This document shows, in pieces, positions 10,608 through 23,502 of a stretch of 64,000 nt of DNA. The stretch comes from Azolla caroliniana (taxonomy: Eukaryota; Plantae; Polypodiophyta), in assembly GCA_043228905.1 (NCBI GenBank), contig JBHGNT010000007.1:15066001-15130000 (forward strand), in the 5' to 3' direction. How positions within the stretch are numbered: position 1 is the first letter of the stretch; each line of letters begins with the position of its first letter. The position numbers were made by a program, and so were the translations under genes. The notes under the pieces were generated by a model. The model was not told where the DNA came from. It saw only the letters and a program-made list of their open reading frames with translations, and made no database searches.

Positions 10608-13602
10608 CTAACCTAATGAGTGCACACTCCCGGGTGCACTGTGGGAGCCCCAGCTATGGGCGTCAGGGGCGAGGAGGATTAAGTAAGGGGGTTCCTTGGG
10701 GGGTGGGTGGCATCGAAGATGATGGTGAAGACGACGAATGTTTAGTGGTGGTAGCCGGATTTCCTGCAGTTGGTCGGTCATCGTGAAGAGGTCTTTCTTG
10801 GGGCCAGTGAGCGACGTGCAGGGGTTGTGGCCGGCAAAGGGAGAAGGGGGGTTTTGACTAAAGCTTATGTAAGCGGGGAAAAAACGCGTGTCAATCATGG
10901 TTTCAAAATCCCATTTGTAGGTGGTGGGGAGCTCGTTAACGCGGGTCCAAAGGCCGACCAGTTGGTGGCGAGTAGGACCTTTATTCAAATCAAAGGCGGG
11001 GACCCACGCAGGGTGGTTGTGTCGTTGGAAGGGGGGGGGGTTTCATACGGGCTAGAGTCAAGGAGGATGAGTAGTAGTTGTAGAAAGCGAAGGTTGGCTT
11101 GCATGTCGGGGTCCGGGACGTCAAGGTATGTACGTAGAAATCAGTGCATGACCCGGATCATGCCCGGTTTGGTCGGGGATGTGCGCGGGGGTCGGGGGAA
11201 CACCGGCTAGTTGAATTGGAGAGTGGGAAGGCGGGCCTGGGCGGCTTTGAAGTTGTGCCATGGCCATAGGCGAGGGAGGGGGAAAAGGTGGGGGTGACGT
11301 ACATCTCGGGGGGTGGAGGGCGAGCCATTTGTGGAAGGATGCGTGCGCGAACCAGGGGAGACGCTACGGGGATTGGATGCCAGGTGGTTCGAGGTGGGGG
11401 TCGGCTACGGGGTGGTGCCATCCTCGAGTGGGGGTGCGGTTTGCGGCCGTCCAAGTAGACATCTTATCGCGGTAAACATGGGGGTAAAGGAAGATGTCGA
11501 CTTGTGGTTCGGAGGTGACTTCGGGGTAATAGGTGTAGAGACGGGTGAGGAGTAAGGGGGTCTCGCAAAAATCAAACTCCTAGGGGATGGGGGCGGCAGA
11601 TTGATTATCAAGGCAAGTGTCCCAACCGGTACCGCGTTCGATGCAATCAAGGGTGGTTTGGAGGCCGTGGGTGAGTTGGTAACGGTCGACCAAATCAGTG
11701 TAGAAGGCCGCAACGTTGAATCGGGCACTCGGGTCGTGGAGTAGTGGAGGTGTAGTGAAGATGGGAGGGGGTAGTTGTTGGTGGAGCATGAGGTGGGCGA
11801 GGGGGCGGTTGAAAGGGAGGGCTTTGCGGAGGATGGCATCCGTGAATGTCCGACCAGGGTGGGTGATGACCCGTGTGTGGAGAGGGAGAGGGAAAGGGTC
11901 GGGTGGTGGGGGGGGAAGGGGGTGAGCCAAGGGGGGTGTGCAAAAGGGGTTGTCACCGAACATGGGGTGTGTGTGGTTGGGGATGTGGTGTTCACTGAGG
12001 TGAGGGTGTGGAGGGGAGTGGCGAGGGGGCTTAGAGGTGGTGGGGGTGGTGGGGGTTTGGAGATGGGGGGGAGGTGAGGTGAGGGTGAGGAGGCGGTTGG
12101 GTGTCGGGTTCATCAGGTGAGTGGTGGTCCCACTCCAGGTTGATCTCCGGGGGGTACGGGGGTAGGAGGGCACAAACACGAGCCTCGTCCAACGTCATGA
12201 GTTGATACTCCCGAGAGACGTCGAGGTATAGGGCTAACTCGGGTATGTTGTTGGCCTCAAGGTCAGTCGGCCAGTTGAATGCAGTGTATTCGATGCTGAA
12301 TATGTGAATACGAACCCCGACGTCCCAGGCAGTTTTCCAAGCGCGTATTAGCCAGAGGAAACCGAAAGGGGGCACGGAGGTCATAGCGTTCTCCAACAGG
12401 GTGCGGGTGAGGGTGTCGGTGATGTGGTGTAAGCGCACCAGCGTTGCGAAGAGGTGGGCTAGTTGGTCTTCGGTGACTTGTATTGTGACATCAGAAGGGT
12501 AGGTGAAATAGATCAGGTCGGAGATGTCTAAGTCGGGGGTGAGGGCGGTGTGAAGGTAGGCCATGCCTTCGAGAAACAAAATAGGGAGATGTTGGGGGAA
12601 GAGTTCCCCGGCTGGGGGGGAAGCTTCTTCGGTGGCTTCCTGGTACAACATGAAGAGGGTGAGGGCGTGGTTATCTTCAGGGAGCACTCAGATGAAGGTT
12701 TGCCGGTCTGGGGGGTGGCGTTGTCAAAGAATACGCGACGCGTGGCTGCCAACGACCGAAGGATGCACCTGGCTTGGGTGAGAAGGTTACGTGGTGTACG
12801 TGGTTCAGTGAAAAGTTTAGAGAGCAGTGACGTTGAGGTTACATACACCGAGAGTGCTTGAATCATATTCGGAGTGCTGGGCGGGGTAAGGAGAGGTGTC
12901 TGAACGGTGGAGGGGCTCGTCGTGCCGGGGCCGAGGGCGTGTTCGAGGGCGGCTTTGGACGTGCGAAGGTGAAAGATGTCCTTTTCGAGGTCGGCGCACT
13001 GGCGACGGTGTTTGATGAGGAGACATCTGTTTCGTTCATTGACGACCTCGACTTGGTGGACCATGGCATCATGTTCAGCCTTGAGGGTTGTGATCTTGTT
13101 CGTGAGTCGGTGAGTTATGGCAATGGCGGTGGCCAGAGCCTTGGACCATTCGGAGAGGTCAGCCATCATGGCTGCGAGGCGGGACTCAGTCTGTTGGTGT
13201 TGGGTGGTGAGGTGGACGTACTCGGCCGAGAGTTCGGTGTGTGTTTGTACCGCGCGTTCCTAGTCGTGGTGCCACGTTGTCCGAGCTTGTTGGAACTTGT
13301 CAGCGATTTGTTGGTGTCGGGTTTGCGTCGTCAACAGTTCTGGTTTGAGGAGGTCGTGGGCGGCCGCTTGGCACGCATTGGTATGGAGGGCGTTCCGCAC
13401 CTCGGCAACCAAGATTTCATTTCGTGTAGAGGTCTCCTGCTGGTCGGTGGCGGTTTGTTGGGCCTGGGCATGAACTTTAAGTAGGCGACGGTTCACGACA
13501 GAAGTCATCTTGAGGAGGTCGGCCACCATGTTGGCTAAGGGTTTGGGGGGGTTGGCGAGGGACAGGTTATGGTGGGTGGTGCCGGCAGTGAGCAGGGTAG
13601 GG
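10608..13602 (-). pseudogene. Fragmented extra 3' ORF(s) of the host element (coiled-coil, Pro-rich and unknown domains)
   Basis: Chain of minus-strand ORF pieces 13529-13260, 13169-12528, 12687-12031, 12179-11580 and 10988-10608 lying between pol and the 3' LTR. Confidence 0.55.
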
Positions 13603-14059
13603 TGTCATGTGTATACAAAACCAAATAAGCTTTATAGTGATTCGAACCCATGACTTGCTCAAAGGAGGCATACAACCCCATCCATTAGGATACATCATAT
13701 TGTATATATTAAATAATAAATTCTATTATATCAATAGGAAATATATATAATAATATTATTGAAATATCGCCACCTTGTATAGGCTAATGCATGATTGCCA
13801 AGGGGCATGCTTGCATGAATGCCAAGTGGCGATCATGCGTGCCTATGAGGTGGCGAGCATGCATGTATCCAAACCATGCTATATAAACATGTATTTGACT
13901 ATTGATGAACCATTCTTGTTCAACGCTAGTCTTCGGCATATTCTTGTAAACATTGCTCTCGTTGTTAATACATTATCAAATTCTTCTTATCTCTCGCATA
14001 TCTTTTGCTTCTCATTCTCTTCTTCATTTTAAAACTCGTTCCTAACTTTGGCCCTGACA
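13603..14059 (+). repeat. 5' LTR of the Tcn1-like element
   Basis: TGTCA...TGACA, direct repeat of 18967-19419. TATATAAA at 13880. Confidence 0.95.
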
Positions 14060-14100
14060 GTTTGAACCAAAATTTTCCTACCTTCTCTCTTTCTTCCTTG

Positions 14101-14132
<32 letters not shown>

Positions 14133-14199
14133 ATGTCTCTTTCACTCTCTTCTCCTTCCTTCCTTCTCCTTGAAAATCTTGCCAAACGTTATCCTCTCC

Positions 14200-15336
14200 A
14201 TGGAGTCAGTTAGCAAGCAAGAGTATGTTCGAGTCGTCTTTGAACTAGAGCATCTCACAAATAAGTTTGTGGCATTAGAACAAGAGAATCAACGATTGCT
14301 TGGAGATTTGCAACAAGTAAGCATAGAAAAGGCACAACAATATGATGAGTTATTGACACGTGTATTGCAACTCGAAACAACATTGCGGTCTCTTCATCAA
14401 CAAGCTTCAATGCAACAAACCTCTCCCAAAGAACCAAAGATTTGTGTGCCTGGGAAGTTCGATGGTAATCGATCACAGTTTCGAGGGTTTCTAAACCAAG
14501 TACGTCTAGTAATTCATATGCACCCTAATAGGTATCTGACTGATGCAGCTCAAGTTGGACTAGTTGGAACCCTCTTAACAGGAACTACATTAGCGTGGTT
14601 TGCACCACTGCTAGAAAAGAAGTCTCCTCTTCTCCAAGACTTCGAAGGTTTTATTAGAGAATTTCAAGAAAACTTTGGAGACACTGATAGTGTTAGAACA
14701 ACGATTAACAAGATTCGAAGACTGTGTCAAGGGGACCGTCCTACCTCTGCCTATGCCACAGATTTCCGCCTGCTAGCTTGTGATATTCCGTGGGATGAAG
14801 AAGCCTTAATGGATCAATTTCGATATGGACTAAGAAATGATGTAAGGGATTTGCTATTAACTTTTCATGAAGATCCAAGATCACTTACAAAAGCGATAAG
14901 TCGTGTAGTGCGATGTGACAACCACTTATTCGAACGACGTTCGGAGCGTTAATTAATGTCACGACCAAGAACGGATCAAACATATGCTTCGGTAGTAGCC
15001 TCGACACCTACGAGCACTACCCAAACTTCACACATGATTCCATCAGGTGGTCCAAGTCCAATGGAGATCGATGTAACACGTCGTCGAGGGCCTTTATCTG
15101 AAGCTGAGAAGCAAAGACGTCGAGCAAACCGTCTATGTTTGTATTGTGGTGGTCCAGGACACATCGCGATCACATGCCCACATAGGCCAAAACGACAAGT
15201 AAATCAAGTAAGTATTAGTGAGAATCTTCATTCCAATTCTCCAGTTAGATCGTCTAGCCCTAGTAGTCCCACATGTCATGGTCAGTCCAATAGTTTTGAA
15301 GTCTTGAGTCAACTTGATGAAATATTAAACGATTAA
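14200..15336 (+). pseudogene. gag: Gag of the Tcn1-like element (PEG10/Tf1-sushi-like capsid, CCHC knuckle), one premature stop
   Basis: PGKFDGNRSQFRGFLNQ, PMEID and CLYCGGPGHIAITC. Stop at 14950-14952. Confidence 0.9.
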
Positions 15337-18300
15337 GTCCAACCAAAATCGGAGCCATTTGGTTGGACAATCCTGAATACGTAAAGTCAATCCCAAATAG
15401 TGGTTCCATTTTATCGAATCATGTTAGTAGAGTTTTTTCAGCACAAGTTGAGCTTAGCACTTCTAGGTGTCATCGAGTTCTTGCATCTGCTCTCTTAGAT
15501 TTAGGAGCCAACTCTTGTTTTATGGACAAAGAATTTGCTTTATCTGAGAAAATCCTATTGAAAAACCTCCCTTGCCCTGCATCTGTTGTAGTCATTGATG
15601 GTCGCCATGTTTCATTCGGGAATATAGTTGAAGAATCTGAGCCAATTCAAGTAGTTCTTGGTAGCTTTGCTTGTATGATTTCCTTCAATATAATTAGTAG
15701 CCCTGAGCATCCAGTTATCCTTGGTTTGAATTCCACAATCCTGAAATTGACTGAAGAAATCGAACAATCAATGATTTCCAGCAGAAACTTGAATCTAGCT
15801 GCCTTGTTACTACCAACCAAGATTCAAAGCCTCACCAAATCTCACCCATCTCTTTACAAAAATTATGAGAAGACGGGCAAACAAATGAAATGTTTGTCTT
15901 TGCAGTAATAGCAAACCCATCCTCTAGCTCACAAGGGGCAGGTACTCCCCTCCCTACCGAGTACTTGGATTTTGAAGACATATTCAACAAAGCTAAAGCT
16001 AGTTCTCTCCTAGACCATTGGCCTTATGATTGTCCTATCGATCTACAACCTGGGAAAGAGCCACCATGGGGCCCAATATATAATCTATCACCTTCCGAAC
16101 TCAAGGCCCTTCGAGAGTATATAGACGAGCACTTAGCAAATGGATTCATTCGACATTCTAAAAGCCCTGCTGGTGCACCCATCTTCTTTGTCAAGAAGAA
16201 AGATGGATCTCTATGACTAGTCGTGGACTATCGAAGTCTAAACAAAATCACAGTTCAAAATAGATATGCTCTACCCTTGATTTCGAGTTTACTAGAGTGT
16301 CTTACTGGAGCAAAAGTTTTCACGAAGCTAGATCTTTGAGGTGCATATAACCTTGTTCGGATACGTCTAGGAGATGAATGGAAGACAACATTCCGTACTC
16401 GATACGGACATTTCGAGTACACAATTATGCCTTTTGGTCTCACAAATGCGCCTGCGGTTTTTCAACACATGGTGAATGATATTTTCCGCAATTTTTTGGA
16501 TTCATTCACCATAGTATATCTTGATGACATCTTGATCTACTCGAAAACTCAAGAAGAGCATGACATACATGTCCGCCAAGTCTTCCAACCCTTACAAGAA
16601 TATGGGCTCTATGCCAAAGTTGAGAAATGTAGCTTTGATCAAAACCACGTGGAGTTTCTGGGGTATGTGGTTTCACAACAAGGTATATCTATGGATCCCT
16701 GTAAGGTTCAGACAATTCTAAATTGGCAACAACCTTGTTCAGTGCGTGATGTTCAATGTTTCTTAGGATTTGCGAATTTTTACCGCAAATTTATCAAGAA
16801 TTATTCAAACATTGTGATGCCTCTCACAGAGCTTACACGAAAGAACAAGTCATTCACATGGAGTTCTAGTGCAACCAAAGCTTTTGAAAGCCTAAAGAGC
16901 CGCATTCACTTCTGCTCCAATTCTACTTCATGCTGACCTAGAAAAACTGTTTATCATCGAGGCGGATGCGTCTGATTTTGCACTAGGAAGTATATTGTCA
17001 CAGACAGGAGATGATGGGAAGCTACATCCAATTGCTTTCCATTCACACAAATTCGAAGCTGCAGAGATCAATTACGAGATTCACGACAAAGAGCTTCTAG
17101 CCATTAAAGACTCGTTTGAAAAGTGGAGACATTTCTTAGAAGGTTCTCCCCACCAAATCATTGTTTACAATGATCATAAAAACCTCACATACTTTCAAAG
17201 TGCTAGAGTCTTGAGTCGTCGCCAAGCTCGTTGGGCACAGTTTCTAATGAGTTTTGACTTCGTCATCACATATCGCCCAGGAGTACAGTAAGGAAAGGCA
17301 GATGCTCTCTCACGACGATCTTATTTGGGTCCACAACCAGGAGAGCCCACATTTGATCATCAAAAACAAATCGTCTTGGGGCCTAATCGGTTACAACTAT
17401 TAACTATTAATGCCTCTCAAGCATTTGAAGATTCAAGTCTTCTTGATTCAATCCGAACAGATATAATTTCTGATGAATTTGCTCAAGATATATTGAATCA
17501 TATAATTTCAGATCGCGCTTCTTCTTCAAGCTCCATGAATCCTCGTAAAGATTATAACCAGTTTAAATGGGATAATGGTTTACTTTTTCGCAACACACTT
17601 TTGTATGTCCCAAATGGTTCGTCTCGACTTCAAGTAATGCAATATTGTCACGACAACCCAATGGCCGGGCACTTTGGAATCCACAAAACTTTGGAGCAAG
17701 TTTCTTGAAACTATTGGTGGCCTCACCTTTGAGAGTTTATTGAAGATTATGTTCGTAGTTGTGATGTGTGTTGTCGGTCAAAGATTCCACGACATCGACC
17801 ATATGGGTTATTACAACCATTGCCAGTTCCTATTGGTCCGTGGAAATCCATCTCGATGGATTTTATTACAGATCTTCCAATTTCGAAGAGTTTTGATGCT
17901 ATTCTCACTATAGTAGATCGATTCACAAAGATGGCGCATTTTCTTCCATGCATGAAAATCATCAACAGTAAAGAAACTGTAGACATCGTTATGAAAGAAG
18001 TATTTTGGCTTCACGGTCTTCTGAATGACATCATTAGTGATCGTGGCCCACAATTCATCTCAAAATTCTGGAAACACTTGCTTGAGATGCTCAAAATTTC
18101 CGGTAAACTTTCGTCAAGCTATCATCCACAAAGTGACGGTCAAATCGAGCGGACGAATCAAACATTAGAGCAATATCTTCGGTGTTTCATCAATTACAAA
18201 CAGGATGATTGGGTGGATTTTTTGCACTTGGCAGAGTTTGCATACAATAATTCAGTTCATTCCTCAACAGGGTATACTCCATTTTTTGCAAACATAGGAT

Positions 18301-18992
18301 ATCATCCTCGTTGGACAATGATGGAACATCCAGAAATCTCGAAAAATCCTATTGTTGAAGATCGTCTGTGTTAACTCCAAGACGTGCATGTTGCACTTTC
18401 TCAACATTTGCAAACTTCTCAAGCCATACACAAAAAAGTCGTAGATCGTCACCGTCTCAAATCTTCACCAAAGGAACCAGAGTTTCGAATTGGGGATCGT
18501 GTATGGTTACTACGACGTAATGTGAAGACTACTAGACCTTGTGACAAGCTGGATTATCAACGACTTGGTCCATTTATTATCTCCAATCAGATTAATGATG
18601 TTGCATTCCACCTTGATCTACCTCCACAGATGCATCTACATCCGGTATTTCATGTCTCATTGTTGGAACCCTACATTGGTAGTTCCATTCCAAATCGGGT
18701 TGTTCTACCCCCACCTCCAGTTCAACTTGTTGATGGCCCAGAATTTGAAGTCAAAGCTATTTTGGACTCCAAGATAATATGTAAAAAGCTTTATTATCTC
18801 GTGGATTGGTTAGGATATAGACCAAATGATCGTACTTGGGAGCCACCTGAGAACCTTGATAATGCCTCTGACTTGGTGGCTGAATTTCATCGCCAATATC
18901 CAGATAAGCCAAGTCCGAATTCATGCATTACGACTCGTGGAACTCGTCGTCAAAGGAGGGGGATGGTGTCATGTGTATACAAAACAAAATAA
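15337..18992 (+). pseudogene. pol: Pol PR-RT-RH-IN-chromodomain with multiple stops and frameshifts
   Basis: LLDLGANS, MPFGLTNAPA, YLDD, ISMDFITDLP, SDRGPQF, LHPVFHVSLL and FEVKAILDSK...YYLVDWLGY...TWEP. Confidence 0.92.
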
Positions 18993-19419
18993 GCTTTATA
19001 GTGATTCGAACCCATGACCTCAAAGAAGGCATACAACCCCATCCATTAGGATACATCATATTGTATATATTAAATAATAAATTCTATTGTATCAATAGGA
19101 AATACATATAATAATATTATTGAAATGTCGCCACCTTGCATAGGCTAACGCATGATTGCCAAGGGGCATGCTTGCATGAATGCCAAGTGGCGATCATGCG
19201 TGCCTATGAGGTGGCGAGCATGCATGTATCCAAACCATGCTATATAAACATGTATTTGACTATTGATGAACCATTCTGGTTCAACGCTAGTCTTCGGCAT
19301 ATTCTTGTAAACATTGCTCTCGTTGTTAATACATTATCAAATTCTTCTTATATCTCTCATATCTTTCGCTTCTCATTCTTTTCTTCATTTTAAAATCGTT
19401 CCTAACTTTGGCCCTGACA
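18967..19419 (+). repeat. 3' LTR of the Tcn1-like element
   Basis: Direct repeat of 13603-14059, preceded by the PPT. Confidence 0.95.
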
Positions 19420-20343
19420 TAGAGGAGGGAACGGAGGCCGGGGGGGGGGGGGGGGGGGGGTGGCGGTGGGGTTGTCATATGGGCGGGAGCGATGGTGGGT
19501 TGAAGGGTGATGGCCGGGTTTGTGGGCGATGGCCGGTTGGGGGTTTCGGTGTCGGAAGAGTTGTGGTGGGCAAGTTTACGGGGTCGAGGTTGCGGGGTGT
19601 CGTCGGTGGTCATGGGAGGTGGGGGTTCGGCAGTTGCGTCAGGGGTGGGGGGTGAGGGGTCTCGGGGTAGAGAGGTTGGGTAGGTGGGGGGACTACCGGG
19701 TTCCGTTGGTCACGAAAGATGTTACCTCGTACGAGATGTACGGAGAGTCAAGTGTGATGAGCGATGGTCGAATGTTATCATGATGTTGTGTATGTGTAGG
19801 GGGTATAAATGTAGTTGTGAGTCTATACGTATGTGAACACATGCACACGTGTGTGCATGTGGATGGATACGAGGCGTCCTTCGCCTCCTCCTAAATAAAT
19901 TCACTTTCTCTAAAGTAGCCCAATGGATTGTTAACAAGTTCTACGATATACTTATCTTCAAGCCAACCAAGTACTTTAGCACCTTATTGCAAGTGAATGT
20001 CCAGTATGAATGCTCAATGGGGCTTACACCCCTATGTATCTACCCCCTCTTGTACTATTTAACCCCTTATGGGGAATGAATGAAATATGAATGAACCATT
20101 TTTCTCTCTCAATCTCTCTCTCTCTCTCTCCCCCCCCCTCAACGTTGAATCCCCTTGGGAGGGGGGTGGAGCCATTCTAGGCACCCCCCCCCCCCCCCCA
20201 CCCCGCAATGCTTCTCAATGCACATGATCTCTCTCGCCATCAATCCCATACTCTCCATAGTCATCACACCCACCATGTCTTTATCATCAATCATCATGAT
20301 TATCATAAATGTTAACCCTAACCCTAAAACGTACAACACCTTT

Positions 20344-20353
20344 TGGCGACCAC
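20344..20353 (+). promoter_or_regulatory. PBS, probably tRNA-Arg(UCG)
   Basis: TGGCGACCAC, 5 nt after the LTR and identical to 35100-35109. Matches the recalled tRNA end GTGGTCG-CCA. Confidence 0.7.
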
Positions 20354-22940
20354 TAAGGTGACCCCCCTTTGGAGATGGAGTCAAAGAATGATATGCGGAT
20401 GTGCAAGCCATAGTGACTAAGTGCAAGAAATGGCGAAAGGCGAAAATGACAGTGAAGATGTTGGAGGAAGTCTATGGAGGAATGCATGAATGGCAACAAT
20501 ATTTGTGCGAGGTTGCGATTAGTGTCCATTTGCGTGTTTCCGAAAGCGGTTAGCGACAATGTGCGTGTTCTCAAAAGCGTGGTGCAAGATGCACGGCTGG
20601 ATAAACAGCAACGCAAAGGGAACCGGTGCCAGCACGACCGGAAAGAGAAGCCCACCAGGAGACTGTGGAGAAAGTCGCAGTGTGTGGAGCGGAGACCGGT
20701 AGGATGTGCTGAGAATGCACGGGCAATGGTTCCAGAAGAAACAACGCGGAGAGAGTCGGAACCAGAATCGGAACAAGAACCAGAGTTGGTTAACACCGAA
20801 GGACCATAGAAGACAGAGAAGAGATGCATACGCAAACCGGACATCGACGACCAGAGAAACCAACAGCACCGGAAAGACACGGTCGGAGACACCTAACAAA
20901 GAAGAATACCACCGGACAAACAGAGACATGGATGTCGATTGTGACAGAGATATCACACAAAGACCATGGGCAATGCAGAATGGCGGAACCAGAGACAAAG
21001 TCCCGGAAGGCCACGGCTAGCCAAATAGACACAGCCAGAAAAACGAAGGACCGAACAAGATCAGACAAACGGTCAGACGAAATGGGCGGTCGACAGACAA
21101 CGACAGAGGCGACTGGCAAACCCAGACGGAGACAAAGACACCGACATGACATAGCCAAAAACGGAGAAGTCAAATCAGACGACGTGATGCAAAAAACCAC
21201 AAACGGGGGCAAGAGAAAAACACATAAACACGATGGAATGGTCTGGATAGAAGAAACGGAAAAAAAAAACGGAATGAACCGGACGGATACAACCGGAAAG
21301 ACATGGCCGTTCGTGCTGAACAACAACGAAGATGGAGACGACCGGACAGCAGTTCGAGCGGTCGGATAGGCCGGAGAGGAGCAACCGGAGCGGCCGAAGT
21401 GGCCGGAGAGCAGCCAAAAGGGTCGGAAACTGGTTGAAATATCCGGACAGTGGCTGGAGCAGCTGAAGCAGTCGGAGGGCTGGACAAGGCCGGAGAAACG
21501 GACGCAAAGCCGGGATGACGACAAGATAGTGGTGCGGCTGGAGAGTGACAGGAACGACGGCCAAACAACGACAGAAGCGGCCGTAATAGCCGGATGGCGC
21601 CAGAAAGCCCGTTGGAGTAGACGACCGAGTGTAGACTGGCGGGATAGGGCCAACAAGGACGATGACAATGACGACCAGATGGCGGCGACGCAGGACACTG
21701 ACAACTGGATGACGTCCGACCTAGGCAAAAACAGTGATGGCGACGGCTGGACGGGCCGATAGAGACAACGACAACGATGGAGATGATCGGACATGCGCCC
21801 GAATAGTGGACGGGCCAGATCGGACGAACACAGTCAAATCGGACAACGAAGAACAACCAAAGTGGTTGGACAGTGGGCGAAGAGTGGGCAGAGTGGCCAG
21901 ATAGAAGCCGGAGTGGCCAGAGTGACCATAGCAGCAGTGATCCGATAGCCGACGAAGGAATGGCGGGAATAGCCATACAATGGTTAGAGCGGCCTGACAA
22001 TTGGACAAACGACCAAAAACGGACGGAAAGACGAAGGGACGAGCGAACATGCCAAACAGACACACGGCCAGACGGAGACGAAAACCACGACAGTGATGGA
22101 TAGTGATGGAGACAGGGACGAAGCGGCCGAACAACGACAGTTGGAGCAGTGTCCCGATAGCGGCCAAACAGTGGCGGCCAAAAACGAGCATACAATCGAC
22201 AATGATGAAAGAGAAGAAGAAGATGAAGAAGAGAATAAGGAATAGGAAGGAAAGGAAAAGAAGAAGCACCAACGACAATAGAATAACCAAGAAAGAAGAA
22301 AGAAACGTAGACCAAAGAAACACGAAAGAAGGAAACAGAGAGGAGGAGCAAAGCAAAATTCGGGCACTAGAGATTGAGAAACAAGAACTATCTCTGACAG
22401 AGACAAGACGAGATCCGCATACATGAAGAGAAAGAAGAGAGACAGGAAAAAGATGGACAGACTGAAAAGAGGGGGAGAGGCAAAACAGAAAAAAAACAAG
22501 GAGGAATGAAGAAAGAAAGAAAAGAGAGGGGGAAAAAGGAGATAGGGGTATCGAATATAATTATAAAAACATTGAGGGTACATAATTTTATAAAAACATA
22601 AGGGTACATATACAATTTTCAAAACCTAAGGGCATTGTCATTCGTTTAAAAAATTTGAGGCTAAAAATACCTAAATTTAAAAACTTATCCACCTAAAGAA
22701 ATGGACGTGATCGACCACGACAACCCACACAAATTAAAGGAAGAACACACATGCATACAACATAATTTTGACGACCCGAATGATTTTACGAAGTTCGTAA
22801 GTCGACAGAATGAGAATGTTCGTGTCACGGAAGATTTGCTGACCGACAAAGATGTTCGAGTCAAGCACTCCGATCGAGGGAGTCGATCAATGAAAGGACC
22901 GATGGAAGTTCCGGTCGAAGAAATATCATCATCAAGGCAT

Positions 22941-22980
22941 GTGGGATCGACGTGCAAGGCACTTTCCCACGGGCGTGCCA
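22941..22980 (+). other. tRNA-3'-end-like motif occupying the PPT position
   Basis: GTGGGATCGAC-GTGCAAGGCACTTTCCCACGGGCGTGCCA, ending 5 nt before the 3' LTR. The last 29 nt are identical to 44330-44358. Confidence 0.8.
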
Positions 22981-23502
22981 TATTGTGTTACCTCGTACGA
23001 GATGTACGGAGAGTCAAGTGTGATGAGCGAGGGTCGAATGTTATCATGATGTTGTGTATGTGTAGGGGGTATAAATGTAGTTGTGAGTCTATACGTATGT
23101 GAACACATGCACACGTGTGTGCATGTGGATGGATACGAGGAGGTGTGAGTGAATGTCCATTATGAATGCTCAATGGGGCTTACACCCCTATGTATCTACC
23201 CCTTGTACTATTTAACCCCTTATGGGGAATGAATGAAATATGAATGAACCATTTTTCTCTCTCAATCTCTCTCTCTCTTTTCATCTCTCTCTCTCTCTCC
23301 CCCCCTCAACGTTGAATCCCCTTGGGAGGGGGGTGGAGCCATTCTAGGCACCCCCCCCCCCCCACCCCGCAATGCTTCTCAATGCACATGATCTCTCTCG
23401 CCATCAATCCCATACTCTCCATAGTCATCACACCCACCATGTCTTTATCATCAATCATCATGATTATCATAAATGTTAACCCTAACCCTAAAATGTACAA
23501 CA

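Larger units (their letters stand above)
13603..19419 (+). mobile_element. Full-length decayed Tcn1-like chromovirus (Ty3/Gypsy)
   Basis: LTRs 13603-14059 and 18967-19419. TSD TAGGG/TAGAG. PPT AAGGAGGGGGATGG. Gag-pol with chromodomain; no tRNA PBS. Confidence 0.93.
19720..23502 (+). mobile_element. Non-coding, non-autonomous LTR element (LARD-like)
   Basis: LTRs 19720-20338 and 22986-23502 (TGTT...AACA). TSD AAAGA/ATAGA. PBS TGGCGACCAC at 20344. A/G-skewed 2.6-kb interior with no recognisable domain. Confidence 0.88.

Noticed and set aside
14200-15336. Domesticated PEG10/RTL-like gene
   Set aside because: It lies between paired LTRs with a TSD and has a premature stop; it is an ordinary chromovirus gag.
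20315-20330. Telomere-like AACCCTAACCCTAAAA near the LARD LTR end
   Set aside because: Only two units, too short to infer telomeric origin or targeting.
20353-22622. Long ORFs (334, 393 and 212 aa) inside the LARD-like element
   Set aside because: Low-complexity translations open in several frames because of strong strand skew; no domain motifs.
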